From assembly GCA_950097015.1 (NCBI GenBank), contig CATNEN010000039.1, positions 2,480,001-2,544,000 on the forward strand: 64,000 nt of DNA. The letters are read 5' to 3'. Positions within the stretch are counted from its first letter, which is position 1. Each line of letters opens with the position of its first letter. The DNA is from Macrostomum hystrix (taxonomy: Eukaryota; Animalia; Platyhelminthes). Under the pieces are notes generated by a model, which had not been told where the DNA came from, did no database searches, and worked only from the letters and a program-made list of their open reading frames with translations. Shown in pieces: positions 23,385 to 35,216 of the stretch. Made by a program: the position numbers and the translations under genes.

Positions 23385-24730
23385 ACTGAAGGACTGGGTG
23401 GTATCTGATGATGCACTGAAGGACTGGGTGGTATCTGCATGGGGATGCATTGAAGGACTGGGTGGTATCTGCATGGGGATGCATTGAAGGACTGGGTGGT
23501 ATCTGATGATGCACTGAAGGACTGGGTGTTATCTGATGATGCACTGAAGGACTGGGTGGTATCTGGGGATGCATTGAAGGACTGGGTGGTATCTGATGAT
23601 GCACTGAAGGACTGGGTGGTATCTGGGGATGCACTGAAGGACTGGGTGGTATCTGATGATGCACTGATGGACTGGGTGGTATCTGAGGATGCACTGATGG
23701 ACTGGGTGGTATCTGATGATGCACTGAAGGACTGGGTGGTATCTGATGATGCACTGAAGGACTGGGTGGTATCTGAGGATGCACTGATGGACTGGGTGTT
23801 ATCTGAGGATGCACTGAAGGACTGGGTGGTATCTGAGGATGCACTGATGGACTGGGTGGTATCTGAGGATGCACTGATGGACTGGGTGGTATCTGATGAT
23901 GCACTGATGGACTGGGTGGTATCTGATGATGCACTGAAGGACTGGGTGGTATCTGAGGATGCACTGATGGACTGGGTGGTATCTGAGGATGCACTGATGG
24001 ACTGGGTGGTATCTGAGGATGCACTGATGGACTGGGTGGTATCTGGGGATGCACTGAAGGACTGGGTGGTATCTGAGGATGCACTGATGGACTGGGTGGT
24101 ATCTGAGGATGCACTGATGGACTGGGTGGTATCTGATGATGCACTGATGGACTGGGTGGTATCTGATGATGCACTGAAGGACTGGGTGGTATCTGAGGAT
24201 GCACTGATGGACTGGGTGGTATCTGATGATGCACTGAAGGACTGGGTGGTATCTGATGATGCACTGAAGGACTGGGTGGTATCTGAGGATGCACTGATGG
24301 ACTGGGTGTTATCTGAGGATGCACTGAAGGACTGGGTGGTATCTGAGGATGCACTGATGGACTGGGTGGTATCTGAGGATGCACTGAAGGACTGGGTGGT
24401 ATCTGATGATGCACTGATGGACTGGGTGGTATCTGATGATGCACTGAAGGACTGGGTGGTATCTGATGATGCACTGAAGGACTGGGTGGTATCTGATGAT
24501 GCACTGAAGGACTGGGTGGTATCTGATGATGCACTGAAGGACTGGGTGGTATCTGGGGATGCACTGAAGGACTGGGTGGTATCTGGGGATGCACTGAAGG
24601 ACTGGGTGGTATCTGGGGATGCACTGAAGGACTGGGTGGTATCTGAAGATGCACTGATGGACTGGGTGGTATCTGATGATGCACTGATGGACTGGGTGGT
24701 ATCTGATGATGCACTGATGGACTGGGTGTT
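23385..24730. repeat. 30-bp intergenic minisatellite
   Basis: Unit ACTGGGTGGTATCTGA(T/G)GATGCACTGA(A/T)GG. Confidence 0.95.
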
Positions 24731-25133
24731 ACGAGTATTTGCAGATGACAAGGTACAATGAGAAATATAATTTTAACAGATGCTGTAATCGATGAGAATA
24801 ATGTAGAGTACGCGCGTGAGCAGAAGCTGTAATTGAAAAAGTAATGTGCCAATTGTCAGTCAACGGCTATTAATTCTAGTAAACATACCAATGAGAACAG
24901 CTTGCAATTAACTGGTACTTCAATTTTTTCGTGTTTTCAATACTGAATCGGGTGGATCAAATTGGGAATCTGGATTGACACTTAAAAGGGAAGCGAATTG
25001 AAACCGAACATTTGAGTGAAAATACACCTTTCACATTGTGAAAATACAAATGTTAACGGACAGGTAACGCTATTCAGAGCTAATTTTATGTTGGCAGTGA
25101 TTTTCCGTCAACCTGAAACCCCGTCGACCTTCG

Positions 25134-28100
25134 TCAGTCGTCAGCGCCGGGCTCTGGCAGCGCCCTGCCCACCTCGTTCGGCGACAGCGGCTGCCCTCCG
25201 GCCGCGGCGGCTCTGTCGTCGAATTCCTGCATCGCTGCGTCGAGATCCTCGTAGGCGTCGTTTGAGTCCACAGACGAATCCGTGGCGTCGTCGTCGTCGG
25301 CTTCGCCGCCGTCGTCGAATTTCGGCGCTTTAACGATGCTGGGCGACACCCCCGTCGGTTCGGGCGTGAGCACCAAGGACTGGGTGGTGACGGAGTAGGA
25401 GTGGCCTCCGGCGTTCGATCGGGTGGTGCCGGCCCGCAGAGCTGAGTAGACAGGGTTGCGGAAGCGCTGGTTGTCCGCGGGTGCCAGCAGCAGCGCCGGC
25501 GTGCTCAGGATGTCGAAGCCGTCGGGCATCTGGCGCGGCTCGTACCTGTACGGCTGCTGCTGCGGATCCAGTGGAGACGGCGGCCCACCAGACTCCAGGT
25601 TAGGATCCTCGTGGGTGGCTCTGCTGGTTTCGTTTTGTGGCCGATGCTATTCACAGTGCTTTTAATCTAGGCCACTGTCCTGGCTTAATGCTTTCAGTCA
25701 CTGCCATTCTAAACGAATTCAGTCACTCTAAATTATTTCAGTCACCCTAATCAGTCACTCTAAAGGATTTCAGTCACTCTAAAGGATTTCAGTCACTCTA
25801 AATGGTTTCAGTCACTCTAAAGAATTTCAGTCACTCTAAACTATTTCAGTCACTTAAATCAGTCACTAAAGGATTTCAGTCACTCTAAAGGATTTCAGTC
25901 ACTCTAAACTATTTTAGTCACTTAAATCAGTCACTAAAGGATTTCAGTCACTCTAAACTATTTCAGTCACTTGAATCAGTCACTCTAAAGGATTAGTAAT
26001 AATTAATAGTTGCAGGAGGGCTGCGGGCAATGGAACATCACTTGGTGACACTAGACCCGCTGCCAGCGAGGAGGCAATTCTGCCCATAGATACACAGATA
26101 CCGTACGCAGGCACACGCTCACACGTGTGCACATCTGCTCTGACTTTCTCACCGTCAGGCAGTGTACACTCTCACTGTGCCTTCGAGGTTGGCCCTCAAT
26201 GGCGTAAATTGCACGACAAGCCCCCAGCCTTCTCTGGCAGTCACCCCCTTGTCTTAAAAAATGTAAAATTAGTGTAAAATTATATGCAATATATACAAAT
26301 ATAATGTAATGCCCCCCTATCTCTAAAGGATGTCATTCACCCAAAAGACTCACACTATGATGCTATCCGACCGGTTTCTGGTGAGTCGCACCAACAGCCC
26401 GATCAGCACCGTCAGCAGCAGGCCAAAGCAGACGCTCGGTATGACCCAGTAGACCAGGGCTCTCTGCAGATTGTTCACAGCGAATGGAGGCTTGTCTTGC
26501 CCTCTGTCCCACCCTTTGTCTCACAACCTGTCTCATCCTCTGTCTCACCCTCTGTCTCATCTTCTATCTCATTCTCCGTCTCATCCTGTCTCATCCTCTG
26601 TCTCATTCTCCGTCTCATCCTCTGTCTCATCCTCTATCTCATTCTCCGTCTCATCCTCTGTCTCATCCTCTAACTCATTCTCCGTCTCACCCTCTATCTC
26701 ACCCTCTGTCTCATCCTCTGTCTCACCCTCTGTCTCATCTTCTGTCTCATCCTCTGTCTCACCCTCTGTCTCATCTTCTATCTCATTCTCCGTCTCACCC
26801 TCTATCTCATTCTCTGTCTCACCCTCTGTCTCACCCTCTGTCTCACCCCCTGCCTTACCCTCTGTCTTACCCTCTGTCTCACCCTTTATCTCACCCTCCG
26901 TCTCACCGGCACTTCCACTCGTTCCACGGCAGCCATGGGTACGGACGGCTTCTCTGTGATCGAGCGCATGCAGTCGATGGTGCCTAGCGGGTGTTTTTAA
27001 ACAGGTGCATTTGCCAGATTAAGCCTGGCTTTGCGGTCTCAATTTCATCACGAAATTGCACTGGTCATCACTATCAATAACAAATCTGCCCAAGAATCAA
27101 AATTTGTTCGCCAGCGTTTTCCTACACTCGACAGCGGGCAATCTTGTTTAGAGATCTGGAACTGGATCTGTGGAAAACTGTATCCAGGCATCAGTGCCTG
27201 ACTGCCCAACCCCCCAACCCCCGGACTGTTATGCAACCCCTGGTTTCTGCTAAACACAATATCCGGTGGAATTGAAACGCCACGGGTATATCTGAACTGT
27301 TTACTGAACTGAAAACTTGCTGCATGGAAAGTGGCTCACTACAGGAGATGGACGCCTGGGTGTCACAAACAGCTGCGTGGCGCCGTCCAGCCCCAAAAAG
27401 CTCTACCTCTCTACACTCTCTCACGCCAGGCCTCAATCGCACACTAAGGAGAGTCTCGACTTTTCGGCGCAGTTTTCAGTCACAAACGGCAGTGCCCAGG
27501 TTTATCAATTCATTTGGGTTGTGAAGATGCATGCAACATAATAACAGGAAAATTATCAAGTTACTAAGGGACAAGTCAATCTGATGACCATAGTCATTAA
27601 GAGACCAGTTGATCCAATGACCATAGTCATTAAGAGACCAGTTGATCCAATGACCATAGTCATTAAGAGACCAGTTGATCCAATGACCATAGTCATTAAG
27701 AGACCAGTTGATCCAATGACCATAGTCATTAAGAGACCAGTTGATCCAATGACCATAGTCATTAAGAGACCAGTTGATCCAATGACCATAGTCATTAAGA
27801 GACCAGTTGATCCAATGATCATAGTCATTAAGAGACCAGTTGATCCGATGATCATAGTCATTAAGAGACCAGTTGATCCAATGACCATAGTCATTAAGAG
27901 ACCAGTTGATCCAATGACCATAGTCATTAAGACACCAGTTGATCCAATGACCATAGTCACTAAGAGACCAGTTGATCCAATGACCATAGTCATTAAGAGA
28001 CCAGTTGATCCAATGACCATAGTCACTGTCATTGGCGAACCCGTGAATCAGTCTCAGGGGAGGCGGGCTCACCATCCAGACACGCCAGGCTGCCATCAGG

Positions 28101-31100
28101 CCTGCAGACGCTGACGAGCTTCCTAGCCCGGCAGAACTTGGAGCAGCTGGGACCAAAGTAGAACTTCGAGCAGCTGACTGACACCTGAACTGTCAGGCTG
28201 CAAAGTAGCGGGCGAAATTTCATATAAATTATGGGAGGGCTTTCAAGAAGACTCACCAGCTTCCACTCCTCCCTAGTGGACAGCTACTCTCCCCTGATAA
28301 TCCTGACATCAACAATCACCTGATCCTCCTGTGTGTGAGATGCCACTACTCCCTGATCCTTCAGTGTGTGAGATGCCACTACTCCCTGATCCTTCAGTGT
28401 GTGAGATGCCACTACTCCCTGATCCTTCAGTGTGTGAGATGCCACTACTCCCTGATCCTCCTGTGTGTGAGATGCCACTACTCCCTGATCCTTCAGTGTG
28501 TGAGATGCCACTACTCCCTGATCCTTCAGTGTGTGAGATGCCACTACTCCCTGATCCTCCTGTGTGTGAGATGCCACTACTCCCTGATCCTTCAGTGTGT
28601 GAGATGCCACTACTCCCTGATCCTTCAGTGTGTGAGATGCCACTACTCCCTGATCCTTCAGTGTGTGAGATGCCACTACTCCCTGATCCTTCAGTGTGTG
28701 AGATGCCACTACTCCCTGATCCTCCTGTGTGTGAGATGCCACTACTCCCTGATCCTTCAGTGTGTGAGATGCCACTACTCCCTGATCCTTCAGTGTGTGA
28801 GATGCCACTACTCCCTGATCCTCCTGTGTGTGAGATGCCACTACTCCCTGATCCTCCTGTGTGTGAGATGCCACTACTCCCTGATCCTCCTGTGTGTGAG
28901 ATGCCACTACTCCCTGATCCTCCTGTGTGTGAGATGCCACTACTCCCTGATCCTCCTGTGTGTGAGATGCCACTACTCCCTGATCCTCCTGTGTGTGAGA
29001 TGCCACTACTCCCTGATCCTCCTGTGTGTGAGATGCCACTACTCCCTGATCCTCCTGTGTGTGAGATGCCACTACTCCCTGATCCTCCTGTGTGTGAGAT
29101 GCCACTACTCCCTGATCCTTCAGTGTGTGAGATGCCACTACTCCCTGATCCTCCTGTGTGTGAGATGCCACTACTCCCTGATCCTCCTGTGTGTGAGATG
29201 CCACTACTCCCTGATCCTCCTGTGTGTGAGATGCCACTACTCCCTGATCCTCCTGTGTGTGAGATGCCACTACTCCCTGATCCTCCTGTGTGTGAGATGC
29301 CACTACTCCCTGATCCTTCAGTGTGTGAGATGCCACTACTCCCTGATCCTTCAGTGTGTGAGATGCCACTACTCCCTGATCCTTCAAGCCTGACTGGCCA
29401 TTGTCCTCAGAGCAGTCAGTGACGCACCTGACAAACTTATTCGAAGGCGTGCTGTACAGCCGAAACTTCTTTGGTCCCTCCGCCCCCCTAAGCCGGACCT
29501 CCTGATCGAAATCAGCAATCAGCTGATCGCCTGTCATCTGCGAGTCTTTGACCACCACACGAAGGTAGACCGAGGCCTGTCAAAAAAGCGAGTTTTCTGT
29601 GACGCAATTCAGCTGACGCACTGATGAGACTTGGGCCTCAGTTTACTCACCGGCAGCGAGTTGTTGAAGACGACAGTCTGGTTGAAGAACTCAAACGGTA
29701 GGCTGTTATGGTTCTGCCAAACATCCGTCGTGCTGCTCAATAGGTCGTCACTAGGCAGAAAATAAATTAAGACGAAATAGCTCTTCTTACACACCTGGAT
29801 TAGTATTCTATTACATCTGGATTATCCCTTCTATTACAATGGGGTTTCCCTTCTATTACATCTGGATTAGTCATTCTATTACATCTGGATTAGTCATTCT
29901 ACTACATCTGGATTAGTCATTCTATTGTATCTGGATTAGTCATTCTATTGTATCTGGATTAGTCATTCTATTACACCTGGATTAGTCATTCTATTGTATC
30001 TGGATTAGTCATTCTATTACACCTGGATTAGTCATTCTATTGTATCTGGATTAGTCATTCTATTACACCTGGATTAGTCATTCTATTGTATCTGGATTAG
30101 TCATTCTATTACACCTGGATTAGTCATTCTATTGTATCTGGATTAGTCATTCTATTGTATCTGGATTAGTCATTCTATTATTCCTGGATTATCGCTTCTA
30201 TTACACCTGGATTAGTCATTCTATTGTATCTGGATTAGTCATTCTATTACTCCTGGATTAGTCATTCTATTGTATCTGGATTAGTCATTCTATTACACCT
30301 GGATTAGTCATTCTATTGTATCTGGATTAGTCATTCTATTACACCTGGATTAGTCATTCTATTGTATCTGGATTAGTCATTCTATTACTCCTGGATTATC
30401 GCTTCTATTAAACCTGGATTAGTCATTCTATTGTATCTGGAATAGTCATTCTATTACACCTGGATTAGTCATTCTATTACATCTGGATTAGTCATTCTAT
30501 TACACCTGGATTAGTCATTCTATTAAACCTGGATTAGTCATTCTATTACACCTGGATTAGTCATTCTATTACATCTGGATTAGTCATTCTATTACACCTG
30601 GATTAGTCATTCTATTACATCTGGATTAGTCATTCTATTACACCTGGATTAGTCATTCTATTAAACCTGGATTAGTCATTCTATTACACCTGGATTAGTC
30701 ATTCTATTACATCTGGATTAGTTATTCTATTACACCTGGATTAGTCATTCTATTAAACCTGGATTAGTCATTCTATTACACCTGGATTAGTCATTCTATT
30801 ACATCTGGATTAGTCATTCTATTACACCTGGATTAGTCATTCTATTAAACCTGGATTAGTCATTCTATTACACCTGGATTAGTCATTCTATTACACCTGG
30901 ATTAGTCATTCTATTAAACCTGGATTAGTCATTCTATTAAACCTGGATTAGTCATTCTATTACATCTGGATTAGTCATTCTATTACATCTGGATTAGTCA
31001 TTCTATTAAACCTGGATTAGTCATTCTATTAAACCTGGATTAGTCAGAGGTTGTAGCCTAGTGGTTAGGGCGTCAGACTAACGACTTGAAGGTCGGGGGT

Positions 31101-31911
31101 TCGATTCCCGACTCCACTGAAACAATTTGTGTCCTTTAGCAAGACACTTAACTCTGCATTGCTTCAGTTCACCCAGCTGTTAAATGGGCACCAGCATCAG
31201 CTGGGATAATTGAAGGTGGGTGTGGCATACCCCCAGTCCATGGACTGAACAGCTGTATGTAGCCTTCAGATGCGCCGCGCAATAGCTGCGGCTGTGCTGT
31301 CGGCTGCACATCTGGCCCGATTTGGGCAGGTGTAATCAATTATTATTATTATTACATCTGGGATTAGTCATTCTATTACACCTGGATTAGTCATTCTATT
31401 ACACCTGGATTAGTCATTCTATTACACCTGGATTAGTCATTCTATTAAACCTGGATTAGTCATTCTATTAAACCTGGATTAGTCATTCTATTAAACCTGG
31501 ATTATCCCTTCTATTGCACCTGGATTAGCCTGGATTAGCCTGGCTTAGCCTGGATTAATCCCATACTAGTCAGGGCGCAGCGCTCACCGGTTCCATGTTG
31601 TGCCCAGTTTCACAATAAAGTAAGGATCGCATGCAGTCGTTAGGTCGCAGTTGCGTGCGGTACTGGACAGAATTCCTGTTGGATTAGACAGATTCGCCAA
31701 GGAAACCCTGATAATCCCGCCAGGATTTGACTGCAAAAGATCAAATGACATGGCCAAATAACTGTTTAGATAATTGCTTTCTCAATTCGCGGCTTTAATT
31801 TAAAATCCTCACCCTTTCAGTGATGTCAATGGAGGCTGCAATAGGTGCCGCCATCAAGTGCATCAGAAGCAGCAGGCGGGACAGGCCAAGCTCTGCCAAA
31901 GTAGGCGCCAT
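25134..31911 (-). CDS. Delta/Serrate-like type I membrane protein (signal peptide, C2/MNNL-like, DSL, TM, tail), no EGF repeats, 423 aa
   Basis: Exons 31911-31813, 31730-31588, 29750-29651, 29576-29428, 28197-28073, 26983-26907, 26463-26372, 25620-25134 (1272 nt, in frame). Signal peptide MAPTLAELGLSRLLLLMHLMAAPIAAS. C2-like segments IIRVSLANLSNPTG..CD...CDPYFIV and LRVVVKDSQMTGDQLI. DSL CSKFYFGPSCSKFCR..C.PDG..ACLDG. TM LVYWVIPSVCFGLLLTVLIGLL. The tail contains NPVY. Confidence 0.75.
25715..25992. repeat. About 20-bp repeat (TTCAGTCACTCTAAAGGA) in the last intron of the DSL gene
   Basis: Direct inspection. Confidence 0.85.
26005..26240 (-). mobile_element. SINE family B copy
   Basis: Reverse-complement match to 35665-35875. 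Related to 49185-49345, 61400-61520 and a fragment at 15120-15170. Confidence 0.7.
26500..26906. repeat. 12-bp repeat (TCTCA(T/C)CCTCTG) starting at a splice donor
   Basis: Direct inspection. Confidence 0.85.
27583..28025. repeat. 33-bp intronic minisatellite
   Basis: Unit TGACCATAGTCATTAAGAGACCAGTTGATCCAA. Confidence 0.95.
28318..29387. repeat. 33-bp intronic minisatellite
   Basis: Unit CCTGATCCT(CCT/TCA)GTGTGTGAGATGCCACTACTC. Confidence 0.95.
29790..31555. repeat. 22-bp intronic minisatellite interrupted by a SINE
   Basis: Unit CTGGATTAGTCATTCTATTACA(C/T) and variants. Confidence 0.95.
31047..31353 (+). mobile_element. tRNA-derived CORE-like SINE (family A), full length
   Basis: A box TAGCCTAGTGG and B box GGTTCGATTCC. 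A MIR/CORE-like segment TGTGTCCTTTAGCAAGACACTTAAC...CAGCTGTTAAATGGG follows, then an (ATT)n tail. Confidence 0.85.
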
Positions 31912-31916
31912 TCTCG

Positions 31917-32795
31917 CAGGTCAGGTGAGCTGGAGACACCTCGGATCAGCACCGCGGGATTAGAGGCGGCACTGCGGGTCAGGTGAGCTGGAGACACCTC
32001 GGATCAGCACCGCGGGATTAGAGGCGGCACTGCGGGTCAGGTGAGCTGGAGACACCTCGGATCAGCACCGCGGGATTAGAGGCGGCACTGCGGGTCAGGT
32101 GAGCTGGAGACACCTCGGATCAGCACCGCGGGATTAGAGGCGGCACTGCGGGTCAGGTGAGCTGGAGACACCTCGGATCAGCACCGCGGGATTAGAGGCG
32201 GCACTGCGGGTCAGGTGAGCTGGAGACACCTCGGATCAGCACCGCTGGATTAGAGGCGGCACTGCGGGTCAGGTGAGCTGGAGACACCTCGGATCAGCAC
32301 CGCTGGATTAGAGGCGGCACTGCGGGTCAGGTGAGCTGGAGACACCTCGGATCAGCACCGCTGGATTAGAGGCGGCACTGCGGGTCAGGTGAGCTGGAGA
32401 CACCTCGGATCAGCACCGCTGGATTAGAGGCGGCACTGCGGGTCAGATGAGCTGGTGACACCTCGGATCAGCACCGCTGGATTAGAGGCGGCACTGCGGG
32501 TCAGGTGAGCTGGAGACACCTCGGATCAGCACCGCTGGATTAGAGGCGGCACTGCGGGTCAGGTGAGCTGGAGACACCTCGGATCAGCACCGCTGGATTA
32601 GAGGTGGCACTGCGGGTCAGGTGAGCTGGAGACACCTCGGATCAGCACCGCTGGATTAGAGGCGGCACTGCGGGTCAGGTGAGCTGGAGACACCTCGGAT
32701 CAGCACCGCTGGATTAGAGGCGGCACTGCGGGTCAGGTGAGCTGGAGACACCTCGGATCAGCACCGCGGGATTAGAGGCGGCACTGCAGGTCAGG
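31917..32795. repeat. 58-bp GC-rich minisatellite (about 15 copies) immediately upstream of the DSL gene ATG
   Basis: Unit CAGGTGAGCTGGAGACACCTCGGATCAGCACCGC(G/T)GGATTAGAGGCGGCACTGCGGGT. Confidence 0.95.
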
Positions 32796-32802
32796 CGGAC
32801 TG

Positions 32803-32900
32803 TTTTTATATTTGCAGCACGCGCTGTGTGCATCAAGTTTGCAAGCGGAATAGCAGCAGCTTATTTTTGATTGCGTTGTGACTCCGGCGCTCACTTCCGG
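32803..32900 (-). promoter_or_regulatory. Candidate core promoter of the DSL-like gene
   Basis: TATAAAAA on the minus strand (32803-32810) and an ETS-type CACTTCCGG at about 32893-32901. Confidence 0.4.
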
Positions 32901-33048
32901 TCACGGCATTCAGCAATGAAGCCTGGGCTAATACGGCCTGCCCACCGAACAGCCGAGGGTGGCAAACGAATAAACACCGATGTTGAATACAGGCTCGTTG
33001 CAGATTTCTGTTCTGCACAACAAGGCGAAAAATTAGGGCACGTTGAAT

Positions 33049-35027
33049 GACTGGGTCATGGAAAATCAACTGAGTCAAGGACTGGGTCATGGAAAATCAA
33101 CTGAGTCAAGGACTGGGTCATGGGAAATCAACTGAGTCAAGGACTGGGTCATGGGAAATCAACTGAGTCAAGGATTTAGTTATGTAAAAACAACTGGGTC
33201 AAGAACTGGGTCTTGGAAAATCAACTGGGTCAAGGACTGGGTCATGGGAAATCAACTGGGTCAAGGACTGGGTCATGGGAAATCAACTGGGTCAAGGACT
33301 AGGTCATGCGAAATCAACTGGGTCAAGGACTAGGTCATGGGAAATAAACTGGATCAAGGACTGGGTCATGGGAAATCAACTGGGTCAAGGACTGGGTCAT
33401 GGGAAATCAACTGGATCAAGGACTAGGTCATGGTAAATCAACTGGGTCAAGGACTGGGTCATGGGAAATCAACTGGGTCAAGGACTGGGTCATGGGAAAT
33501 CAACTAGGTCAAGGACTAGGTCATGGGAAATCAACTGGGTCAAGGACTGGGTCATGGGAAATCAACTGGGTCAAGGACTGGGTCATGGGAAATCAACTGG
33601 GTCAAGGACTGGGTCATGGGAAATCAACTAGGTCAAGGACTAGGTCATGGGAAATCGACTGGGTCAAGGACTGGGTCATGGGAAATCAACTAGGTCAAGG
33701 ACTAGGTCATGGGAAATCAACTGGGTCAAGGACTGGGTCATGGGAAATCAACTGGGTCAAGGACTGGGTCATGGGAAATCAACTGGGTCAAGGACTAGGT
33801 CATGGGAAATCAACTGGGTCAAGGACTGGGTCATGGGAAATCAACTAGGTCAAGGACTAGGTCATGGGAAATCAACTGGGTCAAGGACTGGGTCATGGGA
33901 AATCAACTGGGTCAAGGACTGGGTCATGGGAAATCAACTGGATCAAGGACTGGGTCATGGGAAATCAACTAGGTCAAGGACTAGGTCATGGGAAATCGAC
34001 TGGGTCAAGGACTGGGTCATGGGAAATCAACTAGGTCAAGGACTAGGTCATGGGAAATCAACTGGGTCAAGGACTGGGTCATGGGAAATCAACTGGGTCA
34101 AGGACTGGGTCATGGGAAATCAACTAGGTCAAGGACTAGGTCATGGGAAATCAACTGGGTCAAGGACTGGGTCATGGGAAATCAACTGGGTCAAGGACTG
34201 GGTCATGGGAAATCAACTGGGTCAAGGACTGGGTCATGGGAAATCAACTGGGTCAAGGACTGGGTCATGGGAAATCAACTAGGTCAAGGACTAGGTCATG
34301 GGAAATCAACTGGGTCAAGGACTGGGTCATGGGAAATCAACTAGGTCAAGGACTAGGTCATGGGAAATCAACTGGGTCAAGGACTGGGTCATGGGAAATC
34401 AACTGGGTCAAGGACTGGGTCATGGGAAATCAACTGGGTCAAGGACTGGGTCATGGGAAATCAACTGGGTCAAGGACTGGGTCATGGGAAATCAACTGGG
34501 TCAAGGACTGGGTCATGGGAAATCAACTGGGTCAAGGACTAGGTCATGGGAAATCAACTGGGTCAAGGACTGGGTCATGGGAAATCAACTAGGTCAAGGA
34601 CTAGGTCATGGGAAATCAACTGGGTCAAGGACTGGGTCATGGGAAATCGACTGGGTCAAGGACTGGGTCATGGGAAATCAACTGGATCAAGGACTGGGTC
34701 ATGGGAAATCAACTAGGTCAAGGACTAGGTCATGGGAAATCGACTGGGTCAAGGACTGGGTCATGGGAAATCAACTAGGTCAAGGACTAGGTCATGGGAA
34801 ATCAACTGGGTCAAGGACTGGGTCATGGGAAATCAACTGGTTCAAGGACTGGGTCATGGGAAATCAACTGGGTCAAGGACTGGGTCATGGGAAATCAACT
34901 AGGTCAAGGACTAGGTCATGGGAAATCAACTGGTTCAAGGACTGGGTCATGGGAAATCAACTGAGTCAAGGACTGGGTCATGGGAAATCAACTGAGTCAA
35001 GGACTGGGTCATGGGAAATCAACTGAG
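33049..35027. repeat. 31-bp minisatellite (about 63 copies)
   Basis: Unit CTGGGTCAAGGACTGGGTCATGGGAAATCAA. Confidence 0.95.
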
Positions 35028-35216
35028 GGATCAGGATGACGGGATGACAGCATATGACAAGATTCGAAAATTAACAATCTTTAAATTGCGGAACACACGC
35101 CGCTAAACAACCAATTTGTACTTTTAGTAGTTAAATAGCTTTATATTTATTGGCATATTAGTACACAGATCGGCTTCCGAAGCTGTGCCGTCTAGTTCGC
35201 CCTCCAGTATCCGCGC

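Noticed and set aside
31047-31118. tRNA gene
   Set aside because: The acceptor and anticodon stems are imperfect, the sequence continues into a CORE-like body and (ATT)n tail, and related copies occur elsewhere. It is a SINE head.
17687-35026. Long repetitive ORFs (GLAGIVM, LYNLQPV, QIPPSPSVH, EDQGVVASHT, GNQLGQGLG)
   Set aside because: These are translations of minisatellites open in several frames and strands, located in introns or intergenic DNA.
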